Shown: positions 25,004 through 32,000 of the stretch, piece by piece | How positions within the stretch are numbered: position 1 is the stretch's first letter | Layout: every line of letters starts with the position of its first letter | NCBI RefSeq assembly: GCF_900199515.1 | Contig: NZ_LT963434.1 | Location: 1,353,272-1,385,271 of the forward strand | Origin: Massilicoli timonensis | Lineage (GTDB): Bacteria > Bacillota_I > Bacilli_A > Erysipelotrichales > Erysipelotrichaceae | Reading direction: 5' to 3' | DNA length: 32,000 bases | Translations under genes and position numbers: made by a program | Notes under the pieces: model-generated | What the model saw: the letters and a program-made list of their open reading frames with translations, nothing else | Database searches by the model: none | Told to the model about the DNA's origin: nothing

Positions 25004-25597
25004 TCATAATTCTGTTCGATTTTCCAATGCTTTCAAAAGGGTCAATTCATCTGCATAGTCGATATGAGAACCGATCGGCAGACCATGTGCCAAACGGGTA
25101 ACTTTAAGCGGATATTCACTTAACAGTTTTCCAAGGTATAATGCCGTTGTTTCACCTTCAATGGTCGGATTCATTGCGATGATTACTTCTTTTACTTCTT
25201 GTTGCTTTACGCGTTCTACTAAAGAAGCGATATTGAGATCATCAGGCAGGATTCCTTTACTTGTATTGATCACACCATTTAGGACATGATACTGTCCTTG
25301 ATATTCGTTGATCTTTTCGATTGCGGCAATATCTCTTACCTCTTGCACAACACAGATTACATGCTGATCTCTTGTGTTGTCTTTGCATATTTCACAAAGC
25401 GTCTCTTCACTGATATTCCCACAACGCTCACACTGATGCAATTTTGTTTTCGTATTTTGAATGGCATCAACAAACTGTTTCCATGTTTCATCTTCCCAAT
25501 TCAGCACCTCGAAGGCATAGCGCTCAGCAGTCTTTGCCCCGACACCGGATAATTTACGAAAACTCTCGATCAGCAGTTCAAATTGCTTTGGATACAT
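25004..25597 (-). CDS. recR: Recombination protein RecR
   Basis: Helix-hairpin-helix (LSGVGAKTAERYAF), Cys4 zinc finger (CERCGN...CEIC) and a Toprim domain. Confidence 0.95.
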   Translation of the reverse strand: MYPKQFELLIESFRKLSGVGAKTAERYAFEVLNWEDETWKQFVDAIQNTKTKLHQCERCGNISEETLCEICKDNTRDQHVICVVQEVRDIAAIEKINEYQGQYHVLNGVINTSKGILPDDLNIASLVERVKQQEVKEVIIAMNPTIEGETTALYLGKLLSEYPLKVTRLAHGLPIGSHIDYADELTLLKALENRTEL

Positions 25598-25598
25598 A

Positions 25599-25907
25599 TC
25601 AGAATCCTCCCGGCAATTTCACTCCACCGGTCGCTTTTTTCATCACTTCGTTTTTATCGCTGACTGCCTTTCGCAGTACCGCATTGACTGCTGTTGTAAC
25701 AAGGTCTTGTATTTTTTCTTTATCGCCTTCTTGAATCAGCTCTTCTTTGATCGTCAGTGATTGGATCTGCATTGCGCCATTGCACACTACATTCACATCG
25801 CCTTGATTTACAGTTGCGGCATATTCTCTTGTTTCCAATTCTTTTTCGATTACTTCTAATTCTTTCTGCATTTTTTGTGCTTGCTTTAATAAACTTTGAA
25901 TATTCAT
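25599..25907 (-). CDS. ybaB: YbaB/EbfC family nucleoid-associated protein
   Basis: MNIQSLLKQAQKMQKELEVIEKEL...; located between dnaX and recR. Confidence 0.9.
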   Translation of the reverse strand: MNIQSLLKQAQKMQKELEVIEKELETREYAATVNQGDVNVVCNGAMQIQSLTIKEELIQEGDKEKIQDLVTTAVNAVLRKAVSDKNEVMKKATGGVKLPGGF

Positions 25908-25911
25908 TGAT

Positions 25912-27711
25912 TTATTCCTCCATTACAACGATATGATCTTTCCCAAACAATTCTTCCACCAGTTCTTGTTCTGTTTTCTCCTTAATCGTTTCTTCTTGAT
26001 CATTTTCCAACTCTTCAAAAGTGATGGGTTCCGGCAGAGCATTGGCAGCCATCGCCTGTTTGAATTGTGCGATTACACGTTTTTGCTGCTCTGTTGTAAT
26101 CGCGAATACCTTTTTGTTTTTCTCGAAAATTTTAGCGGTAAACTGTAAAAACTGATTGTTACTGTCTAATTCATTGATTTCATTTACGATTGGCTGATTT
26201 TCTACACAGATAATCAAATATTGCGCACCGCTTGCCGTAATCGTACAATCACTCAATAAATTGGCATATTTCCCCCATTCCATATCAAGCAAATATTCCG
26301 GAATTTTTTTCATATATTCCATATCTTTCATTTTTTCCGGTTTATTGGCACCAACAAGCAGCCGTACCACCAATTCATCCTTAAGTGGCTTTACTGATGG
26401 TTCTGCCTCTGCGGCAGTCTCCTCATGCTCTTGTTTCATTTCTTCTGTATTTATTTCTTCTACTAATGGAATATCTGTTATTGCTTCACTATCTTCTGTT
26501 TTATCTTCTTCTATTGTTTCTGTATTGATTGTTTCACGTGAAACATCTTCTTTCTTATTTTTTTGTGCAACGCTGATCGTTTTCTGTTCTTGATGTGAAT
26601 GATTTTTTATTGCCGGTATATTCTGCGATTGGTCTTTCTCAAAATACATACATTTCAATAACGCTACTTCAAAATAGGAAGCCACACTGGCCGCATTGCG
26701 ATATTTATCATAAGTTTCCAGTAAAACATCAATAATCTGTAAACGCACATCAGTTTGATACAACGAAATGATCTCATTAACCTCACTTTCATTCAGATAA
26801 TGAAGCAACGCCTGATCATTTGTATATTCGAAAATAATTGACTCTTTCAGTAATTCAACTAGATCCATTGTTAAACGCTTGATGTCTGTTCCTTTTTCAT
26901 TCATTCGATCCAGCGCATTCATCAAATCCGCAATCTTTTTTTCTTTTACCCATTTCAATAAATGCAGTTTATCTTGTGTTGTTGTAATTCCATAAATTTC
27001 ATTGATATGCGTTACTTTTATATCATTTTGTGCATATGCGATACATTGATCTAAAATACTCAGGGAATCACGCATACCGCCATCAGACAGCTGTGCGATC
27101 ATTCTGATCACTTCATCTTCGCATTTGATCTGTTCCTTTTCTAATATTCCCTGTAAATACGGAATCATTTCTTCAGGATTGACCCGGTTGAAATCGAAGC
27201 GTTGGCATCTTGATATAATCGTAGGCAGCACTTTCTGCGGTTCAGTTGTTGCCAAGATAAAAATGATATGTGCAGGCGGTTCTTCGATCGTTTTTAATAA
27301 TGCATTGAATGCACCTGCAGACATCATATGCACCTCATCTATGATATAAACTTTATATTTTCCTTCGATCGGTGCATACTTAACCTTTTCGATCAAATTT
27401 CTTACTTCTTCAACACCATTATTACTTGCGGCATCAATTTCAACGATATCCGGGTGTGTTCCCTCGGCAATCGCAATACAGTTCGGACACTTTCCGCACG
27501 GTTTCTCACCTTCGCCGGTACAATTTACTGCTTTCGCAAAAATTTTAGCGATCGAAGTTTTACCTGTACCTCTCGGCCCACAAAATAAATAAGCATGAGC
27601 GATCTTATTTTGTTCTACTGCATTTTTCAATGTTTTTACAATATGCTGCTGACCGGCAACTTCATTAAAATTTGACGGTCGATATGTTCGATATAATGCT
27701 TTATATCCCAT
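25912..27711 (-). CDS. dnaX: DNA polymerase III subunit tau (DnaX)
   Basis: YRPSNFNEVAGQQHIVKTLKNAV...FCGPRGTGKTS...CGKCPNC...IIDEVHMMS. Confidence 0.95.
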   Translation of the reverse strand: MGYKALYRTYRPSNFNEVAGQQHIVKTLKNAVEQNKIAHAYLFCGPRGTGKTSIAKIFAKAVNCTGEGEKPCGKCPNCIAIAEGTHPDIVEIDAASNNGVEEVRNLIEKVKYAPIEGKYKVYIIDEVHMMSAGAFNALLKTIEEPPAHIIFILATTEPQKVLPTIISRCQRFDFNRVNPEEMIPYLQGILEKEQIKCEDEVIRMIAQLSDGGMRDSLSILDQCIAYAQNDIKVTHINEIYGITTTQDKLHLLKWVKEKKIADLMNALDRMNEKGTDIKRLTMDLVELLKESIIFEYTNDQALLHYLNESEVNEIISLYQTDVRLQIIDVLLETYDKYRNAASVASYFEVALLKCMYFEKDQSQNIPAIKNHSHQEQKTISVAQKNKKEDVSRETINTETIEEDKTEDSEAITDIPLVEEINTEEMKQEHEETAAEAEPSVKPLKDELVVRLLVGANKPEKMKDMEYMKKIPEYLLDMEWGKYANLLSDCTITASGAQYLIICVENQPIVNEINELDSNNQFLQFTAKIFEKNKKVFAITTEQQKRVIAQFKQAMAANALPEPITFEELENDQEETIKEKTEQELVEELFGKDHIVVMEE

Positions 27712-27764
27712 AGTTCACCAACTTCCGTTACTGTTATTATTATAACAAAAAACAACATCTAATC

Positions 27765-28268
27765 CTAGACATTGTTTTTCTTAATCTCTGCAATTCCTTT
27801 ACGTTCTGCCTTTTTTATGCTGCGCTTATTTTTGAAAAAATCTCTTAGCATCTGTGCGCATTCTTCTTCCAAAATTCCTGCATGCGCATTTGGATAGTGA
27901 TTGAACCCTTTTACTTCATATAGATTCATACAACTATGCAGACACCCGCCTTTTGGATCATAAGCGCCATAATAAACATTTTTAATACGTGATTGTAAGA
28001 TGGCACCGGAACACATTGGGCATGGTTCTAATGTTACATATAAATCACAATCTTCTAATCGCCATGATCCAATCTTTTTACATGCTTTTTCAATCGCAAT
28101 CATCTCTGCATGCGCCGATGCACTTTGCCTAGATTCCCGTAAATTATGACCACGAGCAATGACTCTATCATCTTTTACGATCACACATCCAATCGGCACT
28201 TCATCTTTTTCCAGTGCTTTTATCGCTTCCTTTATCGCTAATTTCATATATTTTTCATGTCTATCCAT
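27765..28268 (-). CDS. tadA: tRNA adenosine(34) deaminase TadA
   Basis: HAEMIAIEKA...PCPMCSGA zinc-deaminase motifs. Start set at ATG 28268 (MDRHEKYMKLAIKEA) because the 20-codon extension in the ORF track overlaps the SRP RNA and its terminator. Confidence 0.9.
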   Translation of the reverse strand: MDRHEKYMKLAIKEAIKALEKDEVPIGCVIVKDDRVIARGHNLRESRQSASAHAEMIAIEKACKKIGSWRLEDCDLYVTLEPCPMCSGAILQSRIKNVYYGAYDPKGGCLHSCMNLYEVKGFNHYPNAHAGILEEECAQMLRDFFKNKRSIKKAERKGIAEIKKNNV

Positions 28269-28313
28269 ATGCCGCACCTGCCTAGTATATGTTTCACGTG
28301 AAACGTATAAATA

Positions 28314-28396
28314 AAAACTACTACACATAACAGAGGCACCTTATGGCTGCTTCGTTCCCGACCTGACCAGATTCAGTACATGCTATTGTAGTAGCT
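28314..28396 (-). ncRNA. ffs: Small (4.5S-type, ~80 nt) signal recognition particle RNA
   Basis: The minus strand contains CTGGTCAGGTCGGGAACGAAGCAGCCATAAGG, matching the universal domain IV sequence (E. coli: CAGGUCAGGUCCGGAAGGAAGCAGCCAAGG). The closing helix is CTACTACA...TGTAGTAG, followed by TTTTT. An extended -10 TGcTATAAT (28402-28410) lies ~7 nt upstream. Confidence 0.85.
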
Positions 28397-28719
28397 AGTA
28401 AATTATAGCATGTTTTACCGTATTACACAATATAAATCCTTTATTTAACCGTATAACATATAAAATCAAATCCTTTGCATTATCACTTTACCGTAAGTAA
28501 GCATATTCTCCCCTTCAATTTATCCTTTTTATAGCCATAAAAAAGAAGAATCATCACTGCACAATAATTCAGTATGATCTGTTCCCTAACTATTGTATCA
28601 ACATGATTATATTTAATTTGATTATCAAAATATAAATATATCCGATCCTCTCAGTAACGACTCTTCTTGTTTATGAAATCTATGTTATACTATTAACAAA
28701 ACATGGAAGGAGAATTTTT

Positions 28720-29409
28720 ATGGATACCGCATCTCTATTAGAAGAATTAAAGAAACATCAGGATTTAGAATATAAACAGTTTCATAGCAGTTTAGGTGTC
28801 AATACCGATTTAATCGGCGTGCGCACGCCGATACTGGAACAGATTGCAAAAACACTAGCGAAAGAAAATCCAATATACTTCCTTGATCAATATCAAAAGA
28901 CATGCTACGAAACAGATGTCATCTACGGCTTCATCGTCGGCTACGCAAAATTAGACTATGCACAAAAAGTTCATTATTTTGATAAATTTACTTCTCTTGT
29001 CGATAATTGGGCAACCTGCGATCTTGTGTGCGCTCGCCAAAAATGGATCAAAAAGAAAGAGAATAAAGATCGTTTCCTTTCCTATCTTTCCAAACTATGG
29101 AATAGCAAAGATCCATGGAAACAGAGAATCGTTTATGTTCTGTTATTGGATCATTATTTAGAAGAGATCTATCTTCCTACTCTCTTTCAATATTGTGATA
29201 TGTCATATGAAAAAAGTTACTATGTCCAAATGGCAATCGCGTGGCTGCTCAGTGTCATGCTCATTCATTTTCCTGATCAAACCGAACTTTACTTGCATAA
29301 AAGTAAGATAGACACCTTTACTTTCAATAAAACGCTGCAAAAAGCAAGAGAAAGCACGCGCATTTCAAAAGAAAAGAAAGCATACTATCAAACACTGAAA
29401 AGAGAATAA
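28720..29409 (+). CDS. DNA alkylation repair protein (AlkD/PF08713-like HEAT-repeat protein)
   Basis: 229 aa; LEYKQFHSSLGVNTDLIGVRTPILEQIAK...DNWATCDLVC...QRIVYVLL resembles DNA_alkylation family proteins. GGAGAA RBS upstream. Confidence 0.65.
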   Translation: MDTASLLEELKKHQDLEYKQFHSSLGVNTDLIGVRTPILEQIAKTLAKENPIYFLDQYQKTCYETDVIYGFIVGYAKLDYAQKVHYFDKFTSLVDNWATCDLVCARQKWIKKKENKDRFLSYLSKLWNSKDPWKQRIVYVLLLDHYLEEIYLPTLFQYCDMSYEKSYYVQMAIAWLLSVMLIHFPDQTELYLHKSKIDTFTFNKTLQKARESTRISKEKKAYYQTLKRE

Positions 29410-29473
29410 TTTTTTCAGCACACTAAAATGATTTTTCACTCCATTCGATATTATCATATACACTCATCAACAT

Positions 29474-29531
29474 AAAAAAAGACAAACGCCTAACTCTATG
29501 CTTATCGCTCGCTTCGTTTGTCTTTTTCAAT
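29474..29531. terminator. Bidirectional terminator between the alkD-like gene and serS
   Basis: AAAGACAAACG ... CGTTTGTCTTT (11-bp arms, long loop), flanked by an A-run and a T-run. Confidence 0.55.
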
Positions 29532-29532
29532 T

Positions 29533-30816
29533 TTATTTACGCACGATCTTTTTCATACCGCCCATGTATGGCTGCAACGCTTCCGGGATATTGATCGTTC
29601 CATCTGCATTCAAATTATTCTCTAAAAAAGCGATCAACATTCGTGGCGGTGCCACAACCGTGTTATTCAATGTATGTGCAAAATACTTTCCGTCTTTTCC
29701 ATTGACCCGGATTTTTAAGCGGCGTGCCTGCGCATCTGTTAAATTAGAGCAGCTGCCTACTTCAAAATACTTTTTCTGTCGTGGACTCCATGCTTCCACA
29801 TCAACCGATTTGCACTTCAAATCAGCCAAATCCCCTGAACAACATTCTAAAGTACGAACCGGGATATCTAAACTTCTAAACAATTCCACCGTATATTGAT
29901 ACAGTTTTTCAAACCACATCGCACTTTCTTCCGGTCTACAAACCACAACCATTTCCTGCTTTTCAAACTGATGGATACGATATACACCGCGTTCCTCAAT
30001 ACCATGCGCTCCTTTTTCCTTACGGAAGCAAGGAGAATAACTTGTCAAAGTATAAGGCAGTTTGTTTTCATCCAAAATGGTATCAATAAACTTTCCGATC
30101 ATCGAATGTTCACTCGTTCCGATCAAGTATAGATCTTCTCCTTCAATCTTATACATCATGCTTTCCATTTCCGCAAAACTCATAACACCGGTAACGACAT
30201 TGCTTCTGATCATAAAAGGAGGAACACAATAAGTAAATCCTTTATCGATCATAAAATCTCGTGCATAAGCGATGACTGCGGAATGTAAACGGGCGATATC
30301 TCCCATTAAATAGTAAAAACCATTTCCCGCAACTTTTCTTGCACTATCCAAATCTAAGCCGTCAAATGCTTCCATGATCTCACTGTGATAAGGAATGTCA
30401 AAATCCGGCACTACCGGTTCCCCATATCGTTTTAATTCAACATTTTCACTGTCATCTTTTCCGATCGGAACAGATGGATCGATCAAATTCGGAATCACCA
30501 TCATAATTTTTTTGATTTCTTCCGCTAACTGATCTTCCTTTTCTTCCAGCTGGGCAAGCTCTTCGGCCATCGACTGTACTTGTGCCTTTTTAGCCATAGC
30601 TTCTTCTTTTGCGCCTTGCTTCATCAAAGTACCGATTTCCTTAGACAGTTTATTGCGCATCATACGCAGATCATCTGCTTTTTGTTTTGTTTCTCGATTT
30701 TCACGATCTAACACGATTACCTGATCAACCAGTGCAATCTTTTCATCCTGAAATTTCTTCCTGATATTCTCTTTTACCAATTCCGGATTTTCCCGAATTA
30801 CTTTCATATCCAACAT
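29533..30816 (-). CDS. serS: Seryl-tRNA synthetase
   Basis: MLDMKVIRENPELVKENIRKKF..., class II motifs, 427 aa. Start at ATG 30816, 8 nt after AAGGAGG. Confidence 0.95.
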   Translation of the reverse strand: MLDMKVIRENPELVKENIRKKFQDEKIALVDQVIVLDRENRETKQKADDLRMMRNKLSKEIGTLMKQGAKEEAMAKKAQVQSMAEELAQLEEKEDQLAEEIKKIMMVIPNLIDPSVPIGKDDSENVELKRYGEPVVPDFDIPYHSEIMEAFDGLDLDSARKVAGNGFYYLMGDIARLHSAVIAYARDFMIDKGFTYCVPPFMIRSNVVTGVMSFAEMESMMYKIEGEDLYLIGTSEHSMIGKFIDTILDENKLPYTLTSYSPCFRKEKGAHGIEERGVYRIHQFEKQEMVVVCRPEESAMWFEKLYQYTVELFRSLDIPVRTLECCSGDLADLKCKSVDVEAWSPRQKKYFEVGSCSNLTDAQARRLKIRVNGKDGKYFAHTLNNTVVAPPRMLIAFLENNLNADGTINIPEALQPYMGGMKKIVRK

Positions 30817-30839
30817 TGTCAATTCCTCCTTATTTTGCC

Positions 30840-31040
30840 AAATAAAAAAGGCATGTCCATAAAGGGACGATACCTCGTGTTGCCACCCTTCTTAAATATA
30901 GAATTTACGCAACATTCTATATTTCACTCGACAGCGATAACGGTACCACCGAAGCAGAATACTGAAATTCCTCTGCTCACTCATGGGTTGATTTCAAGAA
31001 TGATCATAAATGACTTGCACCAGCCGTCATCTCTCTGCTT
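30840..31040 (-). promoter_or_regulatory. T-box leader (tRNA-Ser-responsive) with terminator/antiterminator
   Basis: Read on the minus strand: AGAGAG bulge, GGTGCAAG distal loop, specifier region GAAATCAACCC, GAGTGA, F-box CCGTTA, T-box AAGGGTGGCAACACGAGG. The terminator is AGGTATcGTCC-ctttat-GGACATGCCT followed by TTTTTT. Confidence 0.85.
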
Positions 31041-31111
31041 ATAATTACATTCTTTACTTATCCCATTCAACGATTTATGTGTATTTTATATCATTGTTTC
31101 CATGAAAAGTC

Positions 31112-31147
31112 AATGAAAAGCGCCATAATCCAAAGACTATGGCGCTG
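31112..31147 (-). terminator. Rho-independent terminator after gyrA
   Basis: Minus strand AGCGCCATA-gtctttggat-TATGGCGCT followed by TTTTC. Confidence 0.7.
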
Positions 31148-31151
31148 TTAT

Positions 31152-32000
31152 CTATGCCTGTGCTGTTTCCGTATGATTTTCAGTTTCAACCTCATCATCA
31201 GAAACTTCTTCTTCCGCATCAATGATCGCAACTTTTGCCACTGACTGGCCATCGCTCACATTGATCAGTTTCACACCTTGGGTATTTCTGCCGTAAACAC
31301 CGACATTTTTCAAAGAAATACGAATGATGATGCCTTCATCTGTAACGATCATCGCATCTTCTTCTCCATGCACAGCACGTACGCTTACCAGATCACCGGT
31401 TTTTTCCGTAAGATTGATCGTTTTGACACCTTTTGTTCCTCGGCTAGTCAAACGATAATCTTCAATTGCGGAGCGTTTTCCATAACCATTCTGACTGACA
31501 ACCAAGATATATTCTCCTTCTTTGGTCGTAGCAGCGCCGACAACCTCACTGCCGTCTGTATTAAATCCTTTTACTCCGCTTGCCGTACGTCCCATCGGAC
31601 GAATATCATTTTCATTGAAACGCACCGCCTTGCCATTAGAACCGGCAATGATGATCTCATCAGATCCGTTTGTTTCTTTTACCGCAACCAATTCATCACC
31701 GTCACGCAATGTAATTGCGATCTTGCCGTTTTGACGAATAGAAGCAAATTCATCCAGCGCAACACGTTTTACTGTACCGTATTTCGTTACAAACAATAAA
31801 TAAGCGCTGTCACATTCCCTTTCAATAGAAATCAAAGCACGTACCTTTTCGTCTTTTTCCATGGAAAGCAGATTAACGATCGGCAATCCTTTTGCGGTAC
31901 GCGATGCATTCGGCACCTGATATCCCTTGATACGATAAACCTTTCCTTTATTCGTAAAGAACATCAAATAATCATGCGATGACATCGTTAAGATAAATTC
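31152..32000 (-). CDS. gyrA: DNA gyrase subunit A, C-terminal beta-pinwheel domain (5' part off right edge)
   Basis: The frame stays open to 32000 (..EFILTMSSHDYLMFFTNKGKVYRIKGYQVPNASRTAKGLPIVNLL). It shows repeated blade motifs, an acidic tail, and origin-proximal synteny with serS. ParC cannot be fully excluded. Confidence 0.75.
   Translation of the reverse strand, partial: EFILTMSSHDYLMFFTNKGKVYRIKGYQVPNASRTAKGLPIVNLLSMEKDEKVRALISIERECDSAYLLFVTKYGTVKRVALDEFASIRQNGKIAITLRDGDELVAVKETNGSDEIIIAGSNGKAVRFNENDIRPMGRTASGVKGFNTDGSEVVGAATTKEGEYILVVSQNGYGKRSAIEDYRLTSRGTKGVKTINLTEKTGDLVSVRAVHGEEDAMIVTDEGIIIRISLKNVGVYGRNTQGVKLINVSDGQSVAKVAIIDAEEEVSDDEVETENHTETAQA

Noticed and set aside
26935-26943. 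In-frame A-AAA-AAG slippery heptamer in dnaX (codons E257-K258-K259), identical to the E. coli tau/gamma frameshift site
   Set aside because: No upstream SD-like element or downstream stem-loop is apparent. A -1 shift would truncate the protein at ~270 aa, inside domain III, which is not a functional gamma. Lys-rich, AT-rich coding sequence easily produces this heptamer by chance.
27712-27764. Expected location of scRNA/SRP RNA between tadA and dnaX, as in Bacillus
   Set aside because: The gap is only 53 nt and contains just a promoter-like TATAAT and the dnaX RBS. The SRP RNA is upstream of tadA, at 28314-28396.
28269-28328. 20-codon N-terminal extension of tadA in the ORF track (MCSSFYLYVSRETYTRQVRH)
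   Set aside because: It overlaps the 3' helix and terminator of the SRP RNA. The conserved TadA sequence begins at the internal Met (28268).
29498-29899. 133-aa plus-strand ORF
   Set aside because: It is entirely antisense to the 3' end of serS and starts inside the bidirectional terminator. It has no RBS.
1-32000. Alternative genetic code (TGA=Trp) to explain the in-frame TGAs in the GNAT gene
   Set aside because: Several well-defined genes (levR-type regulator, DUF204 gene, 83-aa gene, both intact redox genes, HNH gene, GNAT 8442-8987) terminate at TGA at the expected protein length, followed by terminators or coupled starts. Trp is encoded by TGG throughout.
1-32000. CRISPR arrays, tRNA/rRNA genes, IS elements, integrases
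   Set aside because: No regularly spaced repeats, no GGTTCGAATCC-type T-arm motifs, and no transposase- or integrase-like ORFs were seen on either strand.

Overview
Low-GC Firmicutes chromosome segment (Erysipelotrichia/Bacilli-like), read by eye only: no database search, folding or GC computation was possible. Most genes are on the minus strand.

Two blocks match Bacillus-type origin-proximal synteny:
- gyrA(3' end)-serS(T-box)-alkD-like-SRP RNA-tadA-dnaX-ybaB-recR
- nadK/CYTH/DUF1294 and pth-mfd-spoVT-yabO-(rubrerythrin)-yabP-yabQ-divIC

The left end carries a sigma-54/LevR-controlled mannose-family PTS operon (EIIA-EIIB-EIIC) with a clear -24/-12 promoter. It is followed by a TPP-riboswitch-controlled thiT, a DUF204 membrane protein, and a MATE exporter with a small FakA/YloV-like domain gene.

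An accessory stretch of roughly 7.8-15.6 kb contains:
- a GNAT gene interrupted by two in-frame TGA codons, and a second, intact GNAT
- a split ChrA pair
- a terminator-bounded divergent pair of nuclease-like genes (an orphan HNH protein and an AT-hook protein)
- an HxlR-linked flavoprotein/nitroreductase/TIGR04076-fusion operon
- a decayed hipBA toxin-antitoxin relic

The best candidates for an undescribed system:
1. The HNH + AT-hook gene pair at 10.8-12.7 kb.
2. A 309-aa gene at 23.9-24.9 kb, wedged into housekeeping synteny. Its N-terminus looks like the DNA-sensor module normally fused to HNH restriction nucleases, but it carries an unknown C-terminal domain instead.

No CRISPR array, rRNA, tRNA, transposase or integrase was seen.
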